From positions 40,287 to 104,286 of the IMG/VR virus record IMGVR_UViG_3300037258_000352: a stretch of DNA of 64,000 nucleotides; one strand, 5' to 3'. Under the pieces are notes generated by a model. The model did not search any database, was not told the DNA's origin, and was given only the letters and a program-made list of their open reading frames with translations. Every line of letters begins with the position of its first letter. Within the stretch, counting starts at the first letter, position 1. The DNA comes from a virus. Positions 49,249-58,203 of this stretch are shown here, one piece after another. The translations under genes were made by a program, and so were the position numbers.

Positions 49249-50214
49249 GTGAGCGCACCTGAACGGTTAACCAGCGGAAACAACCCAGTAGCGGTGCAGG
49301 TCGAGGAACCGAAACCAATCTGGTGGAGGTCGTTCATCGCGCAGCTCACCGGCCGGACACTGGACCGCGCTGTCGAGGTCGACGAGGTCGATCAGGATGA
49401 GGCGGTCGACCCCGAGTCCACGGAACCCGACACCACAAACACCATCGCTGGTGACGATGCCCCGGTTGGTGAACCGCTAGAAGCGGAACTCGTCGACGAG
49501 ATCCCCGCGCCAGCCGAGCCCGAGGTGCGGCCGGCGGACGAGACCGAACTCGAAGTCCTCGACGCGGAATTGGTTGAAGACCCACCGACCGTCGCCGCGG
49601 TCCCCGAGATAGCCGAGGTGGCCGACACACCGGTGGTGGAGATCCCCGACGTCGTTCACGTTCCCGAGGTCGAGGAGGTGGAACCGGAACCCGCTGCCGA
49701 GGTGGTTGAGGTCCCCGAGCTGGACGTTGCCCCCGCCACCGTGGTGTCGGAGCCCGAAGTTGAGGAGCCGGTCACTGTTGTTGAGGCACCGACACCCGAG
49801 TTGGAGGCCACCGACCCGGAGGTCGCAGACCCAGAGCCCAACGCAACCGTCTACGTGGAGGTCGAGGTAATTCCGTGTGACGACACCCGGGCCCCGTCTG
49901 GGCCGGTCAAAGATCGTGATGATCTGACGGAACGGTGGGTAGACGAACTCCGCAACGGAGGCCACCGCCAAGCACACGGGACGTGGGAAGACCGGGGCGT
50001 ATTCGGCGGCAAGAGTGAGTGCACCCTGCAGGTCGCCATCAACACCTATGACATCCCACTCGGTGAGCTGCGGGACAAGTACGGGGATCGGTTCATCGGG
50101 GAGGTACTCACCCGCAACGACATCGAGAGGCAGTCATTCGATCAGATCGCCGACTACATCGAGCGGACGCAACTGTCCCGGTCACGCCGGAAAGAAATGG
50201 AGATGGAGCGATGA
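49249..50214 (+). CDS. Acidic E/P/V-rich protein with a phage-type C-terminal domain
   Basis: WV.ELR.G...Q...C.L.V...ND...SF.QIADYIE. Confidence 0.7.
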   Translation: MSAPERLTSGNNPVAVQVEEPKPIWWRSFIAQLTGRTLDRAVEVDEVDQDEAVDPESTEPDTTNTIAGDDAPVGEPLEAELVDEIPAPAEPEVRPADETELEVLDAELVEDPPTVAAVPEIAEVADTPVVEIPDVVHVPEVEEVEPEPAAEVVEVPELDVAPATVVSEPEVEEPVTVVEAPTPELEATDPEVADPEPNATVYVEVEVIPCDDTRAPSGPVKDRDDLTERWVDELRNGGHRQAHGTWEDRGVFGGKSECTLQVAINTYDIPLGELRDKYGDRFIGEVLTRNDIERQSFDQIADYIERTQLSRSRRKEMEMER

Positions 50215-51878
50215 CCGGCAAAACCGCAGGGTTCGCCGCTGCCGCCGTCGGTGCCGTCGCGCTCGTCGGGTGGTTCACCCACCCCGTCATCACCGTCGTT
50301 ACCTGCGTCGCACTGGCGTTGCTGGTCGGGTGGGGATCGGTGTGGCGCTACCAGCACGCTGGGTCCGCGACCCTGATGAGCCGGTGGACAGAACGGTCCC
50401 AGAAGCATCACGGGGTCGCGTCCGCCTGGTCGATCCTGCGGGTCTCCTCGACCTGGGCGGCCCGCCGGAAAGCGAAGGTCCTCCTCCCCGGCGTCACCGG
50501 ACGGGTCCACCACAGTCATCTCGCTACCCGATTGATCCGAGTCGGGTGGGTGTGGGTGGTGTCCACCGTTGAGCAACACACTCTGCGGTTCGGTGGGCCT
50601 CGACAGGGCAAGTCCGGGGAGTTGGGGACCCGGATCCTCGGCCCTGGGGCGGTCCTGGTCACCAGCACGGGCGGGGACCTGATCCGCAACACTGCGGCAC
50701 TCCGCGCCCGGGTCGGGCCGGTGTACGTCTTCAACCCCTGCAACATCGGTGGGATCAAGTCAACGGTCAGCTTCGGTCTCCTCGACGGGTGTGAGGAGCC
50801 ACCGGTCGCGGTGGCCCGCGCTACTGATCTCATTTCGGGGACACCGATGGGGCAGTCACATCGGAACGAGGAATGGGTCGAGCAGGCTAATTCGGCGCTC
50901 GCGTCGCTGATGCATGCCGCAGCGCTCGCCGGGAAAACGATGCACCACGTCCAACGGTGGGTCGCGGACCCCGACGGGGCCACCGCCGAAGTGCTGCGGT
51001 ACCTGAAAGCTTCCCCGGAACCGGCTATGGGATTTCAGGCGTTGCAGTTTTTCAATTCCGGTCGACCGCAGGCCTCGATCTGTATGACGATCATGCCGGC
51101 GTTGCGGTGGCTCGCTGATCCGGTGGCTACGAGATGCGCGGAGGCAGGGTCGTTCGACGTGGAGAAGTTCCTCAACGAGCAGGGCACGATCTATCTCCTC
51201 GCCGAGAAGGATGGGCTCGTGGCACCGTTGGTGACGGTATTCGCTGGTCACATTCTCCGCTCCGCACGCCGCATCGCTGATCGGCGCCCGCACGAACGGT
51301 TGACCCCCGGGTTCCGGGTGGTGCTCGATGAGGCCCCGTCGATCTGCCCCCTGCCGCTGCCGTCGTGGACCTCGGACATGGGTAAGCGGAACATCTCCAT
51401 GCACATCGGGGCGCAGTCCCTGTCACAACTGAAAGCCAGGTGGGGGGAGAACGGTGCGGGGGCGATCCTCACCAACTGTGGGACGGTGATGGTGTTCGGT
51501 GGAACGAAAGACACCGCCGGGCTGAGTACGTTCTCTACCCTGGCGGGGGAGCGGCATGAGGGCGGGAACCGGGCTCCTCTGTTGACGCCGGCGCAGTTCC
51601 AGCAGCTCTTGCCGTTGCATGCGGTGGTGTTCGCTAACGGGATTCTCCCGGTGATCGGGAAACCGGCGATGGTGTGGGATCGACGTGACTTCAAAATGGC
51701 GCGCCGGACCGCGGTGTGGTCCCCGAGGTTGGCTGCGGTGACCGGGCCGGTGAAGACGTGGCTGCGTCGTAAGCCAGTCCCAGTACCACCCCGGCGGATG
51801 GCTGCGCTGCCCGCTGGGTCGCCGGTGAAAGCGGAGTGGAAACCAGGCGTCACCGTTGGAGGCGACAGGAATGCCTAA
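50211..51878 (+). CDS. VirD4/TraG-like type IV coupling protein
   Basis: N-terminal TMs, GGPRQGKSG, VLVTST..D, VFNP, LDEAPSICPLP, QSLSQL..RWG. Confidence 0.88.
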   Translation: MTGKTAGFAAAAVGAVALVGWFTHPVITVVTCVALALLVGWGSVWRYQHAGSATLMSRWTERSQKHHGVASAWSILRVSSTWAARRKAKVLLPGVTGRVHHSHLATRLIRVGWVWVVSTVEQHTLRFGGPRQGKSGELGTRILGPGAVLVTSTGGDLIRNTAALRARVGPVYVFNPCNIGGIKSTVSFGLLDGCEEPPVAVARATDLISGTPMGQSHRNEEWVEQANSALASLMHAAALAGKTMHHVQRWVADPDGATAEVLRYLKASPEPAMGFQALQFFNSGRPQASICMTIMPALRWLADPVATRCAEAGSFDVEKFLNEQGTIYLLAEKDGLVAPLVTVFAGHILRSARRIADRRPHERLTPGFRVVLDEAPSICPLPLPSWTSDMGKRNISMHIGAQSLSQLKARWGENGAGAILTNCGTVMVFGGTKDTAGLSTFSTLAGERHEGGNRAPLLTPAQFQQLLPLHAVVFANGILPVIGKPAMVWDRRDFKMARRTAVWSPRLAAVTGPVKTWLRRKPVPVPPRRMAALPAGSPVKAEWKPGVTVGGDRNA

Positions 51879-51966
51879 GGGGTCGCGCCCTACGCGCGGC
51901 CGTCAGCGCACCGAGATAAGGATCAGACGGGACGCGGTGTCACCGCGTGCGGACGGAGGAACTGGC

Positions 51967-52500
51967 ATGTCTTATAAGCGGATCCTGACCGGGGAGTTCG
52001 CGATCACCCCACCGCTGTCGTGGGGGGTTTATCACCACCTTGACCAGATGGACGAGGAAAAGGACTGCGTCCTGCAATTCGTTGAGAACATCAAGACGGT
52101 GGACCGGGAGGACGGGCAGCTCACCCAACGGTCCGCGAGTGGGATCATCCCGTCCACCGGTGAAGCGTGGCGTGACCCTTCGATCGAGCTTGCGGACATC
52201 GTGAAGCTGTGCCAGAGCTTGTGTTCCAAGCTGGTCGGTGGGATGTACTCCGTCGGCGAGGACGGACCGCTTGACACCTGGCGGTACTACACCGACAACC
52301 GTGGCCAACTGGTGAAGGACCAGGCGATCCTGGTGTGGCCGGACGGCCGGCGCGCGTACCAGGCGATCCCACGGTCGGAACTGCCCGGGCAGGAGTCCCT
52401 CAGCGGGTATGCGTTGGTCCTGGGCAGTGACGGGCCGACGGCGTGGTCCTCGCCGATCGACCCGGCGCAGATCATCACGGGGGCACCGTGGCAACGCTGA
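51967..52500 (+). CDS. DUF6205-like hypothetical protein
   Basis: MSY....GEF.ITPPLSW...GED..D.WR...VWP. Confidence 0.65.
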   Translation: MSYKRILTGEFAITPPLSWGVYHHLDQMDEEKDCVLQFVENIKTVDREDGQLTQRSASGIIPSTGEAWRDPSIELADIVKLCQSLCSKLVGGMYSVGEDGPLDTWRYYTDNRGQLVKDQAILVWPDGRRAYQAIPRSELPGQESLSGYALVLGSDGPTAWSSPIDPAQIITGAPWQR

Positions 52501-52946
52501 ATTGGTCAACGAAGATCCCCGTCGCCCGGACGATGGGCGAGATCCAGCAGATGCTCGCAGAGCACGGCGCGGCCGGTGTCGCGACTCGCTACGTCGACAA
52601 AGAACCCGTCGGGGTCCAGTTCGCGCTGGACACCCCGCACGGACGGCGAACGTTCAACCTGCCCGTGGACATCGACGCGATGCACCAACTCCTGACCCGA
52701 CAGTCCCAGGCCGGGGAGATCCGGGGGACCTTGTCCGTCGGGGTGGTGCGCTCGAAGGAACACGCCGGTCGGGTGGCGTGGCGAGTCGTGAAGGACTGGC
52801 TCGCCGCGCAGCTCGCGTTGGTCGCTGCGGAGATGGCGTCCCTGGAGACGGTAATGCTCCCTTACCTGGTCGTGGACCACACCGGGACGACGCTGCACCA
52901 GCGGTACCTCGAACGTGGCCTGCCCGCATTGGAGGTCGGGTCATGA
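52488..52946 (+). CDS. Phage hypothetical protein
   Basis: N..T.I....T..EI..ML..HGA...RVAWR..KDW..AQLA. Confidence 0.8.
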   Translation: MATLNWSTKIPVARTMGEIQQMLAEHGAAGVATRYVDKEPVGVQFALDTPHGRRTFNLPVDIDAMHQLLTRQSQAGEIRGTLSVGVVRSKEHAGRVAWRVVKDWLAAQLALVAAEMASLETVMLPYLVVDHTGTTLHQRYLERGLPALEVGS

Positions 52947-53127
52947 CAGATCCGCAGATGGAGGAGCCCGTCTCGGTCTCTCCCGACCGTATCGGTGCAT
53001 GTCCGCACTGTTCATATCGTTGTGCGGTTCGGTGGATACGGACCGGGGAGGACAGTCGAGTACCGATTAACGATCCGTTATGCGGAGCCCGACCGGGGGA
53101 CGGATGTAGAACACATCCGGTCTCGTC

Positions 53128-53625
53128 ATGACTCGGCCCATGCTCGTGATTTACCGGGGCCTGCCAGGGTCGGGGAAGACGGTCCGTGCCAAAGCTGAGG
53201 TTGTCCAACATCCCCGCGGCGCGGTCGCCCGCGTCAACCGGGACGACATCCGGCAGCGGGTGTTCGCTACCGAATACCTCCCCGGTACGGGGGCGTTCGA
53301 GGGTCTGGTCACCGTCGCGCAGCACGCCCAGATCACGGCGCTGCTCCACGAAGGGGTGACCGTGATCTGCGACGACACGAACCTCTACCCGGAACACATC
53401 GCAGCTCTCATGCGCGTCGCGGTCGCGGCTGGCTGCGGATGGGAGATCCGGGACTTCACTCACGTCCCGGTGTCGACGTGCATCGCTCGGGACCGGACCC
53501 GGCTGCTGTCACCCCACGGTGGTTACGTCGGGGAGGAAATCATCCGCCGCATGTACGACAAACACTCCGTCGACGGGTGGGCTCCGATGCCCGTCCCTGA
53601 CCTGACCCTGGGGGTCACCGAATGA
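53128..53625 (+). CDS. P-loop kinase (polynucleotide-kinase-like, AAA_33)
   Basis: GLPGSGKT, VNRDDIR, DDTNL, CIARD. Confidence 0.88.
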   Translation: MTRPMLVIYRGLPGSGKTVRAKAEVVQHPRGAVARVNRDDIRQRVFATEYLPGTGAFEGLVTVAQHAQITALLHEGVTVICDDTNLYPEHIAALMRVAVAAGCGWEIRDFTHVPVSTCIARDRTRLLSPHGGYVGEEIIRRMYDKHSVDGWAPMPVPDLTLGVTE

Positions 53626-54383
53626 GCCCGACCCTGCTGTTCGCGGATCTCGAAACCACTGCTCTCACAGACGACGCGACCATCCTCGAAGCAGCGTGGG
53701 CGTTGACGGACGTCACCGGCCGGCTACTCGTGCCGCTGCGGTCCCGTTTCTGCGCGATCACCTCCGACCTACCGACCATTCCGTGGAAACGCAGCGCGAA
53801 CCGGGAACCGGTGTGGGTCGCGGACATCGCCCCCGGCCGCGACCCCGCCGCGCAGCAGATGGCCGTGGACTCCGGGCTGTTCGATGCGTGGCTCGCGTGC
53901 CCCGCGCACCGCCGGCTCCGGACCGGTGAGGAGCTGCAGCGGCTGATCCTCGACGACATCGACTCGGTGTGCGACCCGGACACCACAGTTCACCTCGCGG
54001 GGTCCGGGGTCGCGCAGTTCGACCATCCGCTGTTGCGGTTGCACTGCCCGGAGCTGGTGGTCCCGCGTGGGGAGTTCGGGGGCCCGGTCCATTACCGGAC
54101 CGTGGATCAGTCGGTGACGCTCACAACGTTGACGGGGGTCAGTAACGAGCCGATGACCACCGCGCTGATCGGGTGGTACTTCCGGCTCGATGGGTCCACT
54201 GACCCGGACATTCCACTCGCGATGCGCCCGCAGTACGCCTACAGCGACGACGTTGTGATGGCGTGGATGACGGGGGAACGTGGTAAGCACCGAGCCGCCC
54301 CGGACGTCGCTCGGGCGATCGTCGCGCACCGGGCCCTGTGGGCCTATGGGGCGTCGCTGCGAACCGATCTGGGGATCACATGA
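53622..54383 (+). CDS. DEDDh exonuclease, oligoribonuclease-like
   Basis: DLETT, LAGSGV..FD, HYR.VD, HRA..D. Confidence 0.82.
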   Translation: MSPTLLFADLETTALTDDATILEAAWALTDVTGRLLVPLRSRFCAITSDLPTIPWKRSANREPVWVADIAPGRDPAAQQMAVDSGLFDAWLACPAHRRLRTGEELQRLILDDIDSVCDPDTTVHLAGSGVAQFDHPLLRLHCPELVVPRGEFGGPVHYRTVDQSVTLTTLTGVSNEPMTTALIGWYFRLDGSTDPDIPLAMRPQYAYSDDVVMAWMTGERGKHRAAPDVARAIVAHRALWAYGASLRTDLGIT

Positions 54384-54933
54384 ACCGGCTCTTGTGGACG
54401 GCGGGGATCCTCACTGCGGTTCTGGCGTTCGTTTCGTTTCTGCTGTTGCTGCAGGCCGGGATCCGGCTTGGGGAGGTCACCGGTGGACGGTAACGACCCG
54501 CTCGGGGTCCGGAAGTCTAAGCCGTGGATGTGCCCGATCAAAGCGCACGAAGACCGGGCGTTGCTGCAGCATCTCCCGTTTGTTGAGGTCCGGGACGGGG
54601 TGTCGTACTGCACTTATTCGGGGTGTAAGCGGTCCAGCGTGGACGGCTTCTCCCGCAGATGATTCACGAAAGGACAGGGCTGATCATGAACGGTAATAGT
54701 GGGTTCCGGTCGGTGCTCAGTGAGTTGCTGATGCGGTTAGCGATGTGGACTGATCCGACGGGGCACCGCGCGGAGACCGCAGTCCCCCCTGGGATGGACC
54801 GGGACATGCCAAGGATGAGGTTGGAGCCGGTCGAACCGCCGTATTCCGACGCTGACCCGCTGCGCCCCGCGGTCCCCACGCAGCAGTCCCCCACCCGACG
54901 GCCGCGACCTGCGTCGCGTGGGAACGTGAAGCG

Positions 54934-55470
54934 GTGACCGCGGACCCAGTGGTCCCGGTCAACGACGCGGGGCAACTCAGGACCCGCCTGGCCGGGTCAG
55001 TAGCGGACGTGGCTCGACTGTTCACACTGCGGGAACACCTGATCACCGCCGCGTGGGACGCGGGGATCGGGATCAAGTCGATCCGGGACACCGCGCAGAT
55101 CCCGACAGCCCGGACTGTTGACGACATCGTCAAGGAATACGCAGAGGAGCAGCGGGAGGTCATGTTCGCGGCGACTGCGGAACTGTGGAAGACCGGGCAG
55201 GTCATTCAGGACCGGTACGGGTTGCGGTGGCGCGCGGACACCAACATTTCCAGTGGGGAACGTGGATGGTTCTGCCGGTCGGTGGGGTTGAAGGTGTTCC
55301 TCACGGGGACACGGATGGCTGAACGGGGACCGTTGACCCTGATCCGTCAGGACCGGGTGTTCGCCGGTGAGACCGGGTCAGCGGAACGCCTCGCTGCGGT
55401 CGCCGCGAGAAAAGCAGGAGAAGTGGAAGACCAAGCCGTCACCGTGACCCCAGCGGAGGACCCAGAATGA
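54934..55470 (+). CDS. Hypothetical protein
   Basis: GTGA/ATGA-coupled ORF. Confidence 0.6.
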   Translation: MTADPVVPVNDAGQLRTRLAGSVADVARLFTLREHLITAAWDAGIGIKSIRDTAQIPTARTVDDIVKEYAEEQREVMFAATAELWKTGQVIQDRYGLRWRADTNISSGERGWFCRSVGLKVFLTGTRMAERGPLTLIRQDRVFAGETGSAERLAAVAARKAGEVEDQAVTVTPAEDPE

Positions 55471-55928
55471 CACCGTCCAGGTGGACGGGGAAACGATCCC
55501 GGTGCGTGAACTGCCGGCCGTTCGCTGACACCCCCTCCACCCATGTCGTGAAGCTCCCACCGGCACGGTGGTCATCGTGGGACCCCAGCTCAGCCCACGC
55601 CGAGCAGATCGTGAGGTTCCACCTCAGCGTCGGTGTCCCCGCCCGCGCGTACCGGTACCGGAGGATCCGGGGGACCCAACCCCGCCCCATCCCGAAAGTT
55701 CTGATCAGCGGTTACTAACCCCCTGCGGCACCCTGGTTGACGGACCCGCCCCCGTGATGTCGTCCACCCCGACTCATCACGGTAGGCGGGTCGTTTCACG
55801 TTGTGTGACCATGTGGCGGATTATTCGGGTAGGCGCTGGCGTGGTCCTGCTCGTGGTGATCGCTGCGGCGATGGGTTTCGGCGTCCTGCTCGGGATCCTG
55901 TACCTACTGTCCGTTTGAGGAGGACACG

Positions 55929-56075
55929 TTGATCGCTCTGATCGTGCTGGGCTTGCTGGTTTGGGCCGCGCTCATCGTCGTGGGGTTCTTGGTTAAGAGC
56001 CTGTTCGTGCTCGGCATCGTGGGGATCGTGTTGTTCGTTGTCACCGCTGGTGTAGGTGTCGCGAAGCTGCTGTAA
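55929..56075 (+). CDS. 48-aa membrane protein, not in ORF track
   Basis: GGAGG SD, TTG start, two hydrophobic segments. Confidence 0.7.
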   Translation: MIALIVLGLLVWAALIVVGFLVKSLFVLGIVGIVLFVVTAGVGVAKLL

Positions 56076-56229
56076 CTGCGACCGTGCTGGGCCTACAGGT
56101 GATAGAGACCCACTGGTAGGCCGTTGATACGACACCACCCGCAACCCACCCGATCGGGTGGCGTGGGTGATAAAACTGAGGGTCGAACGTCCCTCAGGCA
56201 CCTATACAACCCGGAAAGAGGCCCCGCCG

Positions 56230-56385
56230 GTGATAGCTCTCGGTGTGATCCTGTTGATCCTCGGTTACGTCTTCGGGATCTCGATCGTCTGCGCTCTGGG
56301 GTTCATCCTGCTCATCACAGGTGTGATCCTGCTGCTCCTCGGGGGCTTCGGCCGGCCTGTCGGCGGCCGCACTTGGTACTACTGA
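56230..56385 (+). CDS. DUF6131-like small membrane protein
   Basis: MI.LG.ILLILG...GRPVGGR.WYY. Confidence 0.8.
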   Translation: MIALGVILLILGYVFGISIVCALGFILLITGVILLLLGGFGRPVGGRTWYY

Positions 56386-56477
56386 TCAGACCACGTGGAC
56401 GGCGGTACGACAACTCGTTGACCTGCTGAAAGTTACCCCCTCCACACCGGCGGGTAACAAACCCCCGGAGGGCCATC

Positions 56478-57002
56478 TTGCCGACCCATGACTTGACCGT
56501 GGAACACGTCCCAGTCGGTGACCTCCGCACCTATCACCGCAACCCCCGACGCGGGAACACCACCGTCATCGCCCAGTCCCTGACGATCAATGGGCAATAT
56601 CGGACGCTGGCGGTGAACCGCGGCACCCACACCGGCCGCCCGAATGAGGTCCTGGCTGGGAATCACACGCTCATCGCGGCACGTGACCTTGGGTGGGACA
56701 CCGTCGCGGTCACCTACGTCGACGTCGACGACGACGTAGGTGACCGGATAGTGGCAGCGGATAACAGAACCGCGGATTTGGGGGAGTACGACGACCAGCT
56801 TCTCCTGGAACTCCTCGCGGACCTCCCCGACCTCGACGGCACGGGGTACGACCCAGGAGCGATCGCGGATCTAGAGAAGGCCCTCACGGAGCCGCAATTC
56901 GATCCAGAAGGGGACGACGCTCGACTCGACCGGAAGTCGGTCACCGACTGCCCCAGCTGCGGACACACGTTCACCCCCACAACCAGATCCATCACCGAGT
57001 GA
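56478..57002 (+). CDS. ParB/Srx N-terminal domain protein with C-terminal Zn ribbon
   Basis: Y.RNPRRG, SL...GQ, LAGNH, ADNRT; CPSCG. Confidence 0.88.
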   Translation: MPTHDLTVEHVPVGDLRTYHRNPRRGNTTVIAQSLTINGQYRTLAVNRGTHTGRPNEVLAGNHTLIAARDLGWDTVAVTYVDVDDDVGDRIVAADNRTADLGEYDDQLLLELLADLPDLDGTGYDPGAIADLEKALTEPQFDPEGDDARLDRKSVTDCPSCGHTFTPTTRSITE

Positions 57003-57703
57003 GGCGTCCTGTGTCGACTATCGCCCCCTGCGGTCGAGACGCAGCCCTCTATGCCGTCACTCATTGGCACTACACCAAGAAACTCCCCGCCGGTCGCCTC
57101 GTGTACCACGGGGTATGGGAACTCGATCAGCGCTACACCGGGGCCGTCATCTACGGGCGCGGAGCGAACGACCGCATGTCCAAGATGGTCGGCCTCACCC
57201 AAGTCGAATGCGCGGAACTGGTCCGCGTAGCTCTCCGCGACCACACCGCGCCCGTGACACAGATCCTCGCTGAGTCGATCCGACTACTCCGGTCATCGAA
57301 CCCGGGACTCCGGGCGATCGTCTCTTACGCCGACCCGGGGCAAGGGCACCACGGAGGTATCTACCAAGCCGGGAACTGGTTGTACCTGGGACTCGGGACG
57401 CTGAACAAAGAGTTCGTCATCCACGGACGCCAGATGCATCTCCGATCAGTCCACGCAGCGGGATGGAAACAATCCCTCGCGTGGGTCCGCGCCAACGTCG
57501 ACCCACGCGCCTACGAGGTCACCCCGCCCAGGAAGCACCGCTACGTCTATCCCCTGGACAAGCCCACTCGCCGTAAGACGACCAAACTGTCCCTGCCGTA
57601 CCCCTCTGCGGTCGAAGCGTCGGAGGTGACGCGCCCCGGTTCCATCGGGGAGGGCCGGGTTCAACTCCCGGCGACCGCTCAGCCCTTCCCGGAGTCAACA
57701 TGA
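56999..57703 (+). CDS. Mom-family adenine modification enzyme
   Basis: WHY, ELVRVAL, VSYADP.QGH.GGIYQAGNW.Y.G, KHRY. Confidence 0.88.
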   Translation: MRRPVSTIAPCGRDAALYAVTHWHYTKKLPAGRLVYHGVWELDQRYTGAVIYGRGANDRMSKMVGLTQVECAELVRVALRDHTAPVTQILAESIRLLRSSNPGLRAIVSYADPGQGHHGGIYQAGNWLYLGLGTLNKEFVIHGRQMHLRSVHAAGWKQSLAWVRANVDPRAYEVTPPRKHRYVYPLDKPTRRKTTKLSLPYPSAVEASEVTRPGSIGEGRVQLPATAQPFPEST

Positions 57704-58197
57704 CGGAACCTAAGCCCGACCTCCCGCAAACCACGCGACGTCAAAACCGTGGGAACAAGGGCGCCACCGTCACCACTAGCCCTGAAGCCATCGCCCGTCG
57801 GGAACGGGACTTGAGATGTGTGGAGCTCCGCAAGGCTGGTGCGACGTGGCAAGCGATCGCGGACACGGTGGGTTACGCCGACCCCGGGCACGCCTACCGC
57901 GGGTTCCAAGCGGTGATGAAGGACTACCCCCGTGAGGATGTCGAGACGGCCCGGAACATCATCAGCGACCGGTATGACGCGATGATCCGCGCCCTGTGGC
58001 CGAAGGTGTTGAAGGGTAATGAGTGGGCGATTGACCGGGTCACCCGGATCTCGGAAGCGCAAGCGAAGCTGCTCGGGGCGAACCGACCGGAGCGGGTGGA
58101 GATCTCGGTGGGTGCGACGGAGCTCGACGCGGCGTTGCGGGAGTTGGAGACGGAGATGAAGGCCCGGGCCGGTGGCGCACCAGTCCCGGTGGAGTAG
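57700..58197 (+). CDS. Terminase small subunit (HTH)
   Basis: ELRKAGATWQAIA..GY; AKLLG; directly upstream of terL. Confidence 0.75.
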   Translation: MTEPKPDLPQTTRRQNRGNKGATVTTSPEAIARRERDLRCVELRKAGATWQAIADTVGYADPGHAYRGFQAVMKDYPREDVETARNIISDRYDAMIRALWPKVLKGNEWAIDRVTRISEAQAKLLGANRPERVEISVGATELDAALRELETEMKARAGGAPVPVE

Positions 58198-58203
58198 CAG
58201 GTA

